A stretch of 64,000 nucleotides of DNA from positions 621,174 through 685,173 of the forward strand of contig JBDZVA010000003.1 in the NCBI GenBank assembly GCA_040255465.1, given 5' to 3'. Each line of letters starts with the position of its first letter. Position 1 is the first letter of the stretch. This DNA is from Planctomycetaceae bacterium (GTDB lineage: Bacteria; Planctomycetota; Phycisphaerae; Phycisphaerales; UBA5793). The translations under genes were made by a program, and so were the position numbers. Below, piece by piece: positions 55,375 through 64,000 of this stretch. Under the pieces are notes generated by a model that saw nothing but the letters and a program-made list of their open reading frames with translations, did no database searches and was not told the origin of the DNA.

Positions 55375-55680
55375 TCAGCCTGACCGGATATACACCGTGC
55401 GTTGCGAGCGGACTTTGCTTCCCCCGCCGCCGATAATGCCCAGGTCGATGAGCACGGCAATCACAATCACCGCCAGCCAGCCGCCGCTGATCGAGTGGTT
55501 GCTGGCATGCCACGCCCAGGCGTAGGCCAGCGTCGTGAAGGGCATGAAGAAGAAGCCGAGGAACGGCCAGAGATTGTTCTTACATGCTTCGCCGATGTAG
55601 TCGGAGAAGATGACCAGGAGCACGATGGCCACGCGCGGGGCAAAGATGGCGATGAGTCCAACGAGACAGGGCATGCACAA
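55375..55680 (-). CDS. Small hypothetical membrane protein (3 TM)
   Basis: 101 aa, three hydrophobic helices (LVGLIAIFAPRVAIVLLVIF, WPFLGFFFMPFTTLAYAWAW, WLAVIVIAVLIDLGIIGG). No family recognised. Confidence 0.5.
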   Translation of the reverse strand: MCMPCLVGLIAIFAPRVAIVLLVIFSDYIGEACKNNLWPFLGFFFMPFTTLAYAWAWHASNHSISGGWLAVIVIAVLIDLGIIGGGGSKVRSQRTVYIRSG

Positions 55681-55688
55681 CCCTACGG

Positions 55689-57080
55689 GTGATTCCCGAG
55701 CGCGGCAAGGGCTCTGCCGCGCCTACTGTGGGCGACGTGTTGCGCTCGTTCTGGCCATCCTCGATCCACCCCCTGGCGCGGCGGAACTACCGCCACGAGT
55801 TGTCCGCGGTTGCCACTTGGCCGATCGCCGTGGCGATGATCGAAGGCACGGTCACAGGCATTCTCGCCAAGAAGGCTTTCGCTGACACGCCGGACTGGAT
55901 CATCGCCACCCTCGCCGCCGCCCCGGCCTTCAGCAACATGTCCAGCCTGATCTGGGCACGGCTGGCCAACGGCAGTCGCACGCTGCGCCACCTGCTCATG
56001 CTGCAACTGGGTATCGTGGTGCTGGTGGGGTGCATCGCCCTGCTGCCGCGATCCACCACCGGTTTGTATCTCTTCACGTTGTGCGCCGTGCTGGCGCGTC
56101 TGCTCATGACCGGCGTCATCACGCTGCGCGCGGTGCTGTGGCGCGCCAACTACCGCCGGCATGAGCGTGGCACGATCACCGGCCGGCTCATCATTGTCCA
56201 GACGATTCTCGTGTCGTCTTCCACGCTGCTGCTTGGCGAATTGATGGACCGGGACCGCGACAGTTTTCACTACGTGTATGGCGCGGCGGTGCTCTTCGGT
56301 CTGGCCGGCGTGTGGTTCTTCTCGCGCCTGCGCCTGCGTCACCCGTTTCTCATTCGCCCGGGCATCGCGCCGCGACAGCAGCCCCAGGGCTGGTCGATAG
56401 GCGGCCTGCTTGCCGAGTGGGCCAGCACGCTGAGTGAGATGATCACGATCATGCGCGATGACGTCGCGTATCGCGGCTTCATGGTCTGCATGTTCATCCT
56501 CGGCATCTCGAATCTTGCCATGGACGGCCCGCTCATCAAGGTCGCCGACGAACAGTTCCACCTCAGCTACATGCACTCGATCCTGCTGCTCAACTCCCTG
56601 CCGCTGGCACTCATGCCCGTGTCGATTCCGTTCTGGTCGCGCCTCATGCGCAACAGCCACATCATTCGGTACCGCTCGATTCACTCGTGGACTTTTGTCA
56701 TCGCCCAGTTCTGTGTCTTCGCAGCGGTCGTCAACGGTTCGCTCGTTCTGCTCACCCTCGGCCTGGCGGTGCGCGGCATGGGGTTCGGCGGCGGTGAACT
56801 CGCGTGGAACCTTGGCCACAATGACTTTGCCACCAGCGACCGCGCCAGCACCTACATGACCATCCACGTGACCTTGACGGGCATTCGCGGCCTCATCGGC
56901 GGGTACATTGGCATGTGGCTCTACGCTGGTTTCCCGACGAGTCGCGGAGTCGTCCCGCTGCTGGGCGAATACTGTTTCTTGTTCTGGGCCATCATCTGCA
57001 CGTGCGGGGCGCTGGGCTTTGTCTACCTCAACTTCCGCCTGGCGCACCTGACGCGCAACGGCCCGGAGGAGCAGCGGTGA
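55689..57080 (+). CDS. Polytopic membrane transporter (MFS-like)
   Basis: 463 aa with ~12 hydrophobic segments and Arg-rich loops. The start is uncertain because it lies only 8 nt from the divergent 55680 start. Confidence 0.6.
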   Translation: MIPERGKGSAAPTVGDVLRSFWPSSIHPLARRNYRHELSAVATWPIAVAMIEGTVTGILAKKAFADTPDWIIATLAAAPAFSNMSSLIWARLANGSRTLRHLLMLQLGIVVLVGCIALLPRSTTGLYLFTLCAVLARLLMTGVITLRAVLWRANYRRHERGTITGRLIIVQTILVSSSTLLLGELMDRDRDSFHYVYGAAVLFGLAGVWFFSRLRLRHPFLIRPGIAPRQQPQGWSIGGLLAEWASTLSEMITIMRDDVAYRGFMVCMFILGISNLAMDGPLIKVADEQFHLSYMHSILLLNSLPLALMPVSIPFWSRLMRNSHIIRYRSIHSWTFVIAQFCVFAAVVNGSLVLLTLGLAVRGMGFGGGELAWNLGHNDFATSDRASTYMTIHVTLTGIRGLIGGYIGMWLYAGFPTSRGVVPLLGEYCFLFWAIICTCGALGFVYLNFRLAHLTRNGPEEQR

Positions 57081-58144
57081 TGCAACACATTCTCGGCCAC
57101 GATCGCGCCATTGATGTCCTGCAGAGCGCCCTGCAGGCAGGGCGTTTGCATCACGCGTGGATCTTCCACGGCCCGGCCGGCGTCGGCAAGCGCACCACGG
57201 CCGAGGCACTGGCGGCGATCCTGCTCGATCCGAATGCGGCGCCCAACCTTTCCGGCCTCATCGAAGCCGACCCCGAGGGCAAAACCGCCCGCCTCATCGC
57301 CGCAGGCACGCACCCGGACCTGCACTTCATCACCCGCAGCCTGGCGTCCTATGTGACAGACGCTCGAACGCGTCGCGGCAAGCAGACGAACATTCCCGCC
57401 GAGGTCGTGCGCGAGTTCATCGTCGAACCCGCCACGCGTTCCGGGCACAACGGCGCGTCACGCGCTTCCAAAGTGTTCATCATCGACGAGGCCGAACTGC
57501 TCGATGACAAGGGGCAGAACATCCTGCTCAAGACGCTCGAGGAGCCGCCGCCCGGCACGGTGCTGATCCTGATTACGGGCAACGAAGATGAACTCATCCC
57601 CACCGTGCGCAGTCGCTGCCAGCGCGTGGCGTTCGGGCCGCTGGATGATGAGGCGATGTCCCGGTGGATCAAGTCCGCGGGATTCGACATCAACGCCGCG
57701 CACAAGCGCTGGCTGGTGCAGTTCGCCCAGGGCTCGCCGGGACTGGCCACCCAGGCGATCGAACACGGCCTGTTCGACTGGTACCTCGCGCTGGAGCCGA
57801 TGATCCGCACGATCGAGTCCGGCGCGTACCCGGCTGAGATGGGGACGACCATGGCCAAGCTGATCGACGCCCACGCCGTCGCCCGCCAGAAGGCCAACCC
57901 CAACGCCAGCAAGGAATCGGGGAATCGCGAGGCGGCGGACTTCGTTTTTGTTCTGCTCTCCCGCGAGATACACGCTGCGATGACGCGCACCATCGCAGCC
58001 GGCGACGACGTTGAGCCGCACTTGGCGGCGTTCGATCTCATTCATGACGCCGAGCGGCAGCTCGACTCGCACCTGAACCTGTCGCAGGTGCTCGAAAACC
58101 TGGTCATCCAGTGGTCGAATCTCTTCGACACTGCTGCGGCGTGA
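57080..58144 (+). CDS. holB: DNA polymerase III delta-prime subunit
   Basis: MQHILGHDRAIDVLQSALQAGRLHHAWIFHGPAGVGKRTTAEALA...FIIDEAELL...TVRSRCQRV (SRC motif). ATG 57080 overlaps the upstream stop (TGATG). Confidence 0.85.
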   Translation: MQHILGHDRAIDVLQSALQAGRLHHAWIFHGPAGVGKRTTAEALAAILLDPNAAPNLSGLIEADPEGKTARLIAAGTHPDLHFITRSLASYVTDARTRRGKQTNIPAEVVREFIVEPATRSGHNGASRASKVFIIDEAELLDDKGQNILLKTLEEPPPGTVLILITGNEDELIPTVRSRCQRVAFGPLDDEAMSRWIKSAGFDINAAHKRWLVQFAQGSPGLATQAIEHGLFDWYLALEPMIRTIESGAYPAEMGTTMAKLIDAHAVARQKANPNASKESGNREAADFVFVLLSREIHAAMTRTIAAGDDVEPHLAAFDLIHDAERQLDSHLNLSQVLENLVIQWSNLFDTAAA

Positions 58145-58167
58145 ACTCGATTGGAGCGAAGGGAACG

Positions 58168-58668
58168 CTACCCCTGCACGCTGATCGAGAGCCCGGCGAT
58201 GCGATCCTCAGCGGATCCGGCCCGGCCGTTGGGCGGAGGCGGGCTGCCTGAGGGCTTGGACCCGTTGTGGCTCGCTCCGGCTCGCTCTTCGCGGAGTTTC
58301 TCCATCGCCATGAGCCATGTCTCGCGCTCGTATTCGAGCAGACTGATGACCTCATCGACGATGTCGGCGTCGCGTTGCGAGCTGGCTTCCATGAGCCGGC
58401 GATACATGTAGGTGTAGAGAGCCGCGAGGCGCTTGCAAAGATCCGGGGCAATCTCCGGTCGCAGGGCGCTGATCAGTTCCATCAAGATGTCCTGGCACTG
58501 ATGAATGCCCTGATAACTCTTCTCGAAATTGCGCTCGCGGAGCCCCTGCGCTCCCTGGCGGGCAAAGCCCAACGCTCCCTCAAGGAGCATGAGCCGCAAT
58601 TCCTCAGGTGATGCGGAAAAGACGCGCTGGCGGAGATAGGCGTTGGCCTGTTCGTTCATAGATCCCAT
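58168..58668 (-). CDS. fliS: Flagellar export chaperone FliS
   Basis: NAYLRQRVFSASPEELRLMLLEGALGFARQ...FEKSYQGIHQCQDILMELISAL...LAALYTYMYRRLMEA is the FliS four-helix pattern, with a Pro/Gly-rich C-terminal tail. Confidence 0.85.
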   Translation of the reverse strand: MGSMNEQANAYLRQRVFSASPEELRLMLLEGALGFARQGAQGLRERNFEKSYQGIHQCQDILMELISALRPEIAPDLCKRLAALYTYMYRRLMEASSQRDADIVDEVISLLEYERETWLMAMEKLREERAGASHNGSKPSGSPPPPNGRAGSAEDRIAGLSISVQG

Positions 58669-58736
58669 CTGATCGGTCGTTCAGGCAAAAGACATTCACG
58701 TTCGATCGAAGGTCCGCATACGGCGTCCGCCCGGGG

Positions 58737-61559
58737 TTATCCGAACCCTCGAATCGACCCAAGTGCGGTCTGCTGCTGCTGGAGCGAGGCGAGCGCGGTC
58801 TCCATTGCCGAGAACTGCCGCTGGAGAATCCCACGCCGCGACTCAAGCCGGACGTCAAACGCCGCGATGCGCTTCTTCTGGATCTCGATCAGCGTGTCGT
58901 AGTTCTTGTTGACGACCGACATCGAGCCGTCAATCGTGTCCGTCATGCTCTTGAGCACTTCATTGAGCCGCTCAACGACGCCCAGCGATTTGTAGATCGG
59001 TTCATTCGACTTGTAGGTCACCCCACCGCCGAGGTCGATGTTCTGGTCGTCGGCGAGCTTGCGTGCGGCAAAGACATTGGAGACGGCATCGGGATCGGCG
59101 ATCAGCGCCTGGCGCAACCGGTCCTCGTTGAGGACGAGTTTCCCGCCGGTCCCGACGGTGATTCCAACCTGGGCGAGATTCTGGTATTGCGTCTCGACAC
59201 CCAGCGCCGAACTCTGCACGGTGCGGTACAACTGAGATTCGATACTGGCAATTGTGGAATTGCCCAGCAGTATGCCCTTCTCTTCCGTATCGGCATTGTA
59301 CTTGCCGAGATCGTTGATGCGGCCGATGACCGCGTTGAACGCCGTGATCCACGACTTGACGCTTTCGATCTGCTTGCCGGTGTTCTCAGTCACCGTGAGC
59401 GTCACGGGGGATTCGCTGGCCGACTTGAGATCGATCTTCACGCCCGTGACCACGTTATCGAGCGTGTTCTTCCTGCTGGTGATGAGAATCGCCTTTGCGG
59501 GGTCGCTCGAGCCGAAAAAGACCACCGCATCCTGCGCTTTGCTCAACGTGCTCAGGCCCAGATCGACGTCGCCCGAATCGACGATCAGATCGCCCGCCAG
59601 ACCGGAAATCTTGCTCGTGAGCGACAGGAAGTAGGGCTTCTCGCCGGTGCCGTTGTTAATCAGTGACGCCGAGACGTTGAATCCCGCATTGTTGATCTTG
59701 CTGATCAGATCATCGAGCGTGTCGGTCGGATCGAGCGCGACAGTCTGCTCGTAGGAGCCATCGATGAAGTTGTTGTCCGTCGCATCCGCGGCGGTTCCGA
59801 TGATGTTGAGATCTTTGGCGGTGCTGCCGGTGAGGCTTTCGATCTTGATCGCGGCCACCGGATCCGTGGCGGTGCTCTCGATGAGCAGGCCGTCGCCGGT
59901 GTCATTGATGCGGGCGTTGACCTCCAGTGGCTTGGAGTTGATCTCGGCAATGATGTCCTGAAGCGTCTTGGCGTCGGAGCCAATGTCGATGGTTGCGTTG
60001 TTGCCCAGGCCATCGGTGATCTTGAACGTGCCTTTGCCAATTCCCCGGCCGTAGTTCATCTCGGTGAGCAGTTTGGCGCCCGAGACGTACTGCAACTGGA
60101 GGTTGGTGCCGCGCACCGAATCGGCCGCCACGCCGCCCGGGTCGGTCTCGATGCCGAGTACGGGAGCGGCATCGCCGCCGATGATGAGATTCCCGCCCCC
60201 ACCCACGGTGTCGGTGATGAGCAGGCCGTTTCCGGCTGAGTTGAGCGAAGCCGTCACGTTGAGCGTCGCCGAGGCGTTGATCGCCGCAATGATGTCGCTC
60301 ATCGACGAGTTCGAATCGAGGGTGATGCTGTCGGAGTTGCCGGCGCGGTCGGTGATGTCGAGGGTCGTGGCGCCGCCCAGGCCACTGCCGCCATTGAGAC
60401 TCTTCGTGAGCACCGAATTCAGCCCGGCTCGGATGCGATCGCCGCCGATCTTGGTTGGCGTGCCGGGGTCGGCCGCCTTGAAGATGCCCAGGTCGATGGC
60501 GCCTTGCGTGGCGCCCGCCGTTCCGGCCAGCACCTGGAACGTCGAGCCACCGGCCGTGTTGTCCGTGAGCTCGATGCTGACCCCGTCGGCGCTGATGGCC
60601 ATGGTCACCGAGCCGCCGGTCTGCGATTCGATACGGTCCTTGACGCCCTGGAGCGTCGTGACCGCTTCCAGCGTGTCGGAACCCGAGGTGATCTTGCCGA
60701 GTTTGATGTCGTGGACAGTTCCATCGGCGGTGCGGACCTGGAAGTCCGTGAGATCGAGACCAGCGTTGATCTGCACTCCATTGCCGCCGTTGAGGGCGGC
60801 CAGTCTGCTGTTGAGGCCAATGCTGTTGAGTTGGGTGCCGACGATTTCGCCCGACCCCGTTCCGGCGATACCCAGCGAGGTGGCCGTGGTGTAACCGGTG
60901 GCGTTGGCGATGGTCAGCGACCCGCCGCCCCCGGCCGTGTCTGTCACCGTCAGTCCGGTGCCGTTGTCGCTGACTCTGGCAGTCACGTTGACGGTCGTGT
61001 CAGAGTTGATCGCGTCCAGCACGTCGTTGATCGTGACGGCGCGGGAGAGGTCGATTGTGGAGATCGCGCCCGAAGAGTCCGTAATCTTGATCTTGCCGCG
61101 GACGACGCCGCTGCCGTTGTTCAATTGGGTCAGGGCGGTGTCTGTCTCGAGGCGACCCTTGCCGAATTCAAATGAGATGTTCGACAAACCCAGCGCGGTC
61201 GCATCCCGATCCGTAAACCCGTTGGAGAGATACTGACTCGTCGAGACGAGTCGATCGACCAGGAACGTGTACGCCCCCTGTTGAGCCGAGGGAGTGGCCG
61301 TGCCGCTGAGCACTGCTTCATTGCTGCTGGTGACGGTCTTGGACTGAAAGGTCTTGTCCGTGCCGAACTTGGCGGATGCCGACTTGAGCGCGAGCAGCAG
61401 GCTGTTGAGTCCGAGAAACGCGGACTGCTCCGATTGCAACTGGGCCTGTCGATTGAGCGCGAGCACCTTGGGGCGCGACTCGACCGCGAGCAACTGCTGG
61501 ATCAAGGCACCTGTGTCGATGCCGCTGATCAATCCGACGCTGGTGGAAATACCGGTCAT
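58737..61559 (-). CDS. fliD: Flagellar filament cap protein FliD (unusually long, internally repetitive)
   Basis: N-terminus MTGISTSVGLISGIDTGALIQQLLAVESRPK and C-terminus ...RLESRRGILQRQFSAMETALASLQQQQTAL are FliD hallmarks. 940 aa from ATG 61559 (GGGAGAG upstream). The central part holds at least 4 repeats of ~55 aa (I.ITD..G....IDL......L.D.I..IN......V.A.(L/I/V)(N/S)..G.GL.(I/V).(D/S)T..GG). Confidence 0.85.
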   Translation of the reverse strand: MTGISTSVGLISGIDTGALIQQLLAVESRPKVLALNRQAQLQSEQSAFLGLNSLLLALKSASAKFGTDKTFQSKTVTSSNEAVLSGTATPSAQQGAYTFLVDRLVSTSQYLSNGFTDRDATALGLSNISFEFGKGRLETDTALTQLNNGSGVVRGKIKITDSSGAISTIDLSRAVTINDVLDAINSDTTVNVTARVSDNGTGLTVTDTAGGGGSLTIANATGYTTATSLGIAGTGSGEIVGTQLNSIGLNSRLAALNGGNGVQINAGLDLTDFQVRTADGTVHDIKLGKITSGSDTLEAVTTLQGVKDRIESQTGGSVTMAISADGVSIELTDNTAGGSTFQVLAGTAGATQGAIDLGIFKAADPGTPTKIGGDRIRAGLNSVLTKSLNGGSGLGGATTLDITDRAGNSDSITLDSNSSMSDIIAAINASATLNVTASLNSAGNGLLITDTVGGGGNLIIGGDAAPVLGIETDPGGVAADSVRGTNLQLQYVSGAKLLTEMNYGRGIGKGTFKITDGLGNNATIDIGSDAKTLQDIIAEINSKPLEVNARINDTGDGLLIESTATDPVAAIKIESLTGSTAKDLNIIGTAADATDNNFIDGSYEQTVALDPTDTLDDLISKINNAGFNVSASLINNGTGEKPYFLSLTSKISGLAGDLIVDSGDVDLGLSTLSKAQDAVVFFGSSDPAKAILITSRKNTLDNVVTGVKIDLKSASESPVTLTVTENTGKQIESVKSWITAFNAVIGRINDLGKYNADTEEKGILLGNSTIASIESQLYRTVQSSALGVETQYQNLAQVGITVGTGGKLVLNEDRLRQALIADPDAVSNVFAARKLADDQNIDLGGGVTYKSNEPIYKSLGVVERLNEVLKSMTDTIDGSMSVVNKNYDTLIEIQKKRIAAFDVRLESRRGILQRQFSAMETALASLQQQQTALGSIRGFG

Positions 61560-61649
61560 GAAAACTCTCCCGAGAATCGCGTCCCCGCCACTGACCCGAT
61601 GATCCCGTCCCCGAGGCGCGCAGTGTGAGCGGGGTGGCCAACGCTCTTG

Positions 61650-61665
61650 AGCAAGGCGGATGCCT
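61650..61665 (-). promoter_or_regulatory. Candidate sigma54 promoter upstream of fliD
   Basis: Minus strand reads AGGCATCCGCCTTGCT, with GG-N10-GC spacing and a TTGCT -12 box, ~90 nt upstream of the fliD ATG. Confidence 0.4.
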
Positions 61666-61951
61666 GACTCCATGCCGAGCCGGGACATCCGGCACGCATC
61701 CCTGCCGCCGACCGATCCCCGGTTTCAGCTCCGTGGCGCCGGCTGCGGAGTCCCAAAGGGATTATCGACCGCGCCCGGGGCCATCCTTCAGCGGACCCGG
61801 GCCGCGCAGGGCTTGCGCCTTTCGGCAAGATCGACTCTCCGGCCGCCTACCTTGAAGGGCACGCTGCAATCCGCGACATAATCAGACCCGTTTGGCCGCT
61901 CCGCCCCTGATGCGACTTACCTGAGCCCGGCTGCGGGCCGATCTTCCACCT

Positions 61952-64000
61952 ATGAGTCTGGCTCAGCAGAGCACGCGATCCGACCGCGTTGAGGTGATCC
62001 TGCAGCAGTTGCACACGCTGCCAACCCTCTCCGCCATCGCCATGCGCCTGCTCTCCCTCACCTCCGACGATGAGAGTGAGATCACTGAGATCGTCAAGAT
62101 CATCGAGTCGGACCCGTCCATCACGGCCAAGGTGCTCAGCCTTTGCCGCCGCTCGGAAACTGGCCTTGGGACCAAGATCACCACCGTCGATCGGGCGGTG
62201 GTCATGCTCGGTTTTGAGGCCATCCGCAACGCCGTTCTTTCGATCGAGATCTACAACCTCTTCGAGAGCACCCGGCCCGGCCAGCAGCGCGGGTTGGACA
62301 TCGACGAGTCGTCGACGGGCAAGCCCTTTGACAGCGCGGGATTCTGGATGCACAGCGTCGCAGTCGCAGTCGCCGCCGAACTGCTTGCCAAGCGCCGCAC
62401 CCATGACCCGCGCATCGCGCCCGATGAGGCGTTTGTCTGCGGCCTGCTGCATGACCTGGGCAAACTCGCGCTCGAACGACTCCTGCCGCGCGGCTACGAG
62501 CGCGTCATCGAACTCGCCGAGCAGCGCCAGGGCAACATTGCCGAGATGGAGCGCCGCGTCATCGGCCTGGATCACCACACCACCGGCAAACGCCTGGCGG
62601 AACAGTGGAATCTGCCGCACATCATTCAGGACGTCCTGTGGCTGCACGGCCAGCCTGTTGAGTCGCTTCCCGTACTGCCTCACGAGGGCATGATCGCGCT
62701 GGTCACTCTGGCCGACCATCTCGTTCGCAAACAGCATCTCGGGTTCTCGGGCAATCACGTCTTTCCAGACGATCAGGCCACGCTGTGCAAGCACGTCGGC
62801 GTCACCGCCCAGGATGTCAGCGAAGTCGCCAGCCTCGTTCACGTCGAAACCGCGGCCCGATGCGAGATTCTCGGCCTCTCCGAGACGCCGCCGGAGGGCC
62901 TGTTCCTCGCTTCGATCGCCCGCGCCAACCACGCGCTGGGTCGCATCAACGAGACACTTGAACAACGCTCGCAATCGGCACATCGCAGCGATCAGGTCAT
63001 GCGCGGCATCATCGACTTCCACCAGCAGGCGACACCGGGACTTTCCATCGTCGCAGTGTGCGGCAACGTCGTCGCCTCAGCCGCAAAGGAATTCGGTCGC
63101 GGCTTCTACGCCATGCTGTACTCTTCCGCGCGCTCCGACGCCTGGCAGATCGGACAGTTCTCCTGCGACGGTCGCCTGCTCCGGGCCCAGACCGTCGAGG
63201 TTCCCGCGGCGGGGCTCGACGTCGATTCGCTCGCCGACGAACTCCAGGTTTCCGTCGGGATGATGGCGTTGCTCCCCGCGCTGACCGAGTCGATCGGCGA
63301 CGCTTCCGACATTCGCAACGTCCGCCTCCTGCCGCTGCGCACGGGCTGGGGGCTCTCGGCCGTGCTGCTGCACGATCGCCCGGTGCGCGAGATGGGCTTG
63401 TCGCGCACGCAGATGCTGGCGCTGTGCGAGACGTGGGCCACCGCCATCGCCGCCGCCCGTCAGCATGAAGGCGCGCGACAACTGGGTGAGCAACTCGCGG
63501 AATCGAACCGCATTCTCACCGAGACCCAGGCCAAGCTCGCCCGTTCCCAGGCGCTGGCCAGCCTCGGCGAAATGGCGGCCGGCGCCGCGCATGAGATGAA
63601 CAACCCCTTGTGCGTGATCTCGGGCCGCTCGCAGGTGCTCGCCAGCCAGCTGGCCAACCCGCGCGACCGGCGCATGGCCGAACAGATCGCCGAGCAGGCT
63701 CAGCGCCTCAGCGATCTGATCACCAGCCTGCACCTGTTCACCGAACCGCCGCGCCCCGAGGCCGGCCGGGTCGGACTGGGCGAACTCGTCAGCCGGGCCG
63801 TCAAGATGGCCAGCGAGCGGGTCGGCAAGAACGCGCCGATCTCCGTGCGCCTGTCAGCCGACCTCCCCGACGCCTGGCTCGACGCCGATCAGGTCAGCAG
63901 CGCGCTGGTCGAGTTAATCGTCAATGCAGCCGAGGCGCGTCCCAAGCACTTTGTCGATGTGCAGATTCAGGTTGACCCGCGCGAGAATCATCTGCTCATC
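61952..64000 (+). CDS. HDOD-domain sensor histidine kinase (C-terminus beyond window end)
   Basis: Open frame from ATG 61952 to the window edge; not in the ORF track because there is no stop. HDOD signature LPTLSAIAMRLLSLTSDDESEITEIVKIIESDPSITAKVLSLC...GLLHDLGKL. Later a coiled coil and H-box LGEMAAGAAHEMNNPL, with the N-box region starting LVELIVNAAEA. Confidence 0.8.
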   Translation, partial: MSLAQQSTRSDRVEVILQQLHTLPTLSAIAMRLLSLTSDDESEITEIVKIIESDPSITAKVLSLCRRSETGLGTKITTVDRAVVMLGFEAIRNAVLSIEIYNLFESTRPGQQRGLDIDESSTGKPFDSAGFWMHSVAVAVAAELLAKRRTHDPRIAPDEAFVCGLLHDLGKLALERLLPRGYERVIELAEQRQGNIAEMERRVIGLDHHTTGKRLAEQWNLPHIIQDVLWLHGQPVESLPVLPHEGMIALVTLADHLVRKQHLGFSGNHVFPDDQATLCKHVGVTAQDVSEVASLVHVETAARCEILGLSETPPEGLFLASIARANHALGRINETLEQRSQSAHRSDQVMRGIIDFHQQATPGLSIVAVCGNVVASAAKEFGRGFYAMLYSSARSDAWQIGQFSCDGRLLRAQTVEVPAAGLDVDSLADELQVSVGMMALLPALTESIGDASDIRNVRLLPLRTGWGLSAVLLHDRPVREMGLSRTQMLALCETWATAIAAARQHEGARQLGEQLAESNRILTETQAKLARSQALASLGEMAAGAAHEMNNPLCVISGRSQVLASQLANPRDRRMAEQIAEQAQRLSDLITSLHLFTEPPRPEAGRVGLGELVSRAVKMASERVGKNAPISVRLSADLPDAWLDADQVSSALVELIVNAAEARPKHFVDVQIQVDPRENHLLI

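Noticed and set aside
61690-61705. CGGCACGCATCCCTGC upstream of the HDOD kinase as a sigma54 promoter.
   Set aside because: Spacing is off by one, the -12 box is CTGC rather than TTGC, and it lies ~250 nt from the start codon.

Overview
GC-rich bacterial chromosomal window read by eye only, with no searches run. Family content suggests Planctomycetota, probably Phycisphaerae-like: tandem proteins with a DUF1559/H-X9-DG-like ...YADGHVE C-terminus, a PEP-CTERM protein, an HAF-repeat protein, and many membrane proteins carrying a CxxC...CPECG zinc ribbon. This taxonomic call is inference.

Housekeeping genes: surE, RidA-like, 7Fe ferredoxin, gap, an aminotransferase, prfB with its programmed +1 frameshift, clpP1/clpP2, holB. 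Flagellar and regulatory genes are scattered: fliN, csrA, fliS, fliD, and an HDOD-histidine kinase.

The dominant feature is a tightly packed ~13.2 kb, ten-gene minus-strand operon (29509-42695). It combines a Rieske/cytochrome b module with six multihaem c-type cytochromes and two thioredoxin-fold/TPR proteins. By my count it holds 65 CxxCH plus 8 CxnCH motifs. Next to it lie a divergent sigma54-type control region and a regulatory block: sigma54 response regulator, NO-associated YgbA family gene, HAMP/DHp protein, histidine kinase, SixA. This operon is my best candidate for an undescribed system, a hybrid quinol-to-multihaem electron-wire complex.

Other notable signals:
- A paralogous family of TM + Arg-rich + zinc-ribbon proteins, with 4 intact copies and 2 decayed remnants.
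- A REP-like palindrome, GCGACGCATGCGTCGC-CGCTAA, whose composite copies bracket one gene.
- A DUF433/DUF5615 toxin-antitoxin cassette flanked by perfect 27-bp direct repeats just upstream of clpP1P2.
- G-quadruplex-type GGGGTGAW octamer arrays upstream of fliN.
- Tandem 460-aa paralogs with a pseudopilin-like C-terminus but no prepilin leader.
- A Cys-containing C-terminal domain shared by secreted proteins.

No rRNA, tRNA or CRISPR array was recognised. Many long Arg/Pro/Ala-rich ORFs in the track are antisense shadows of real genes.
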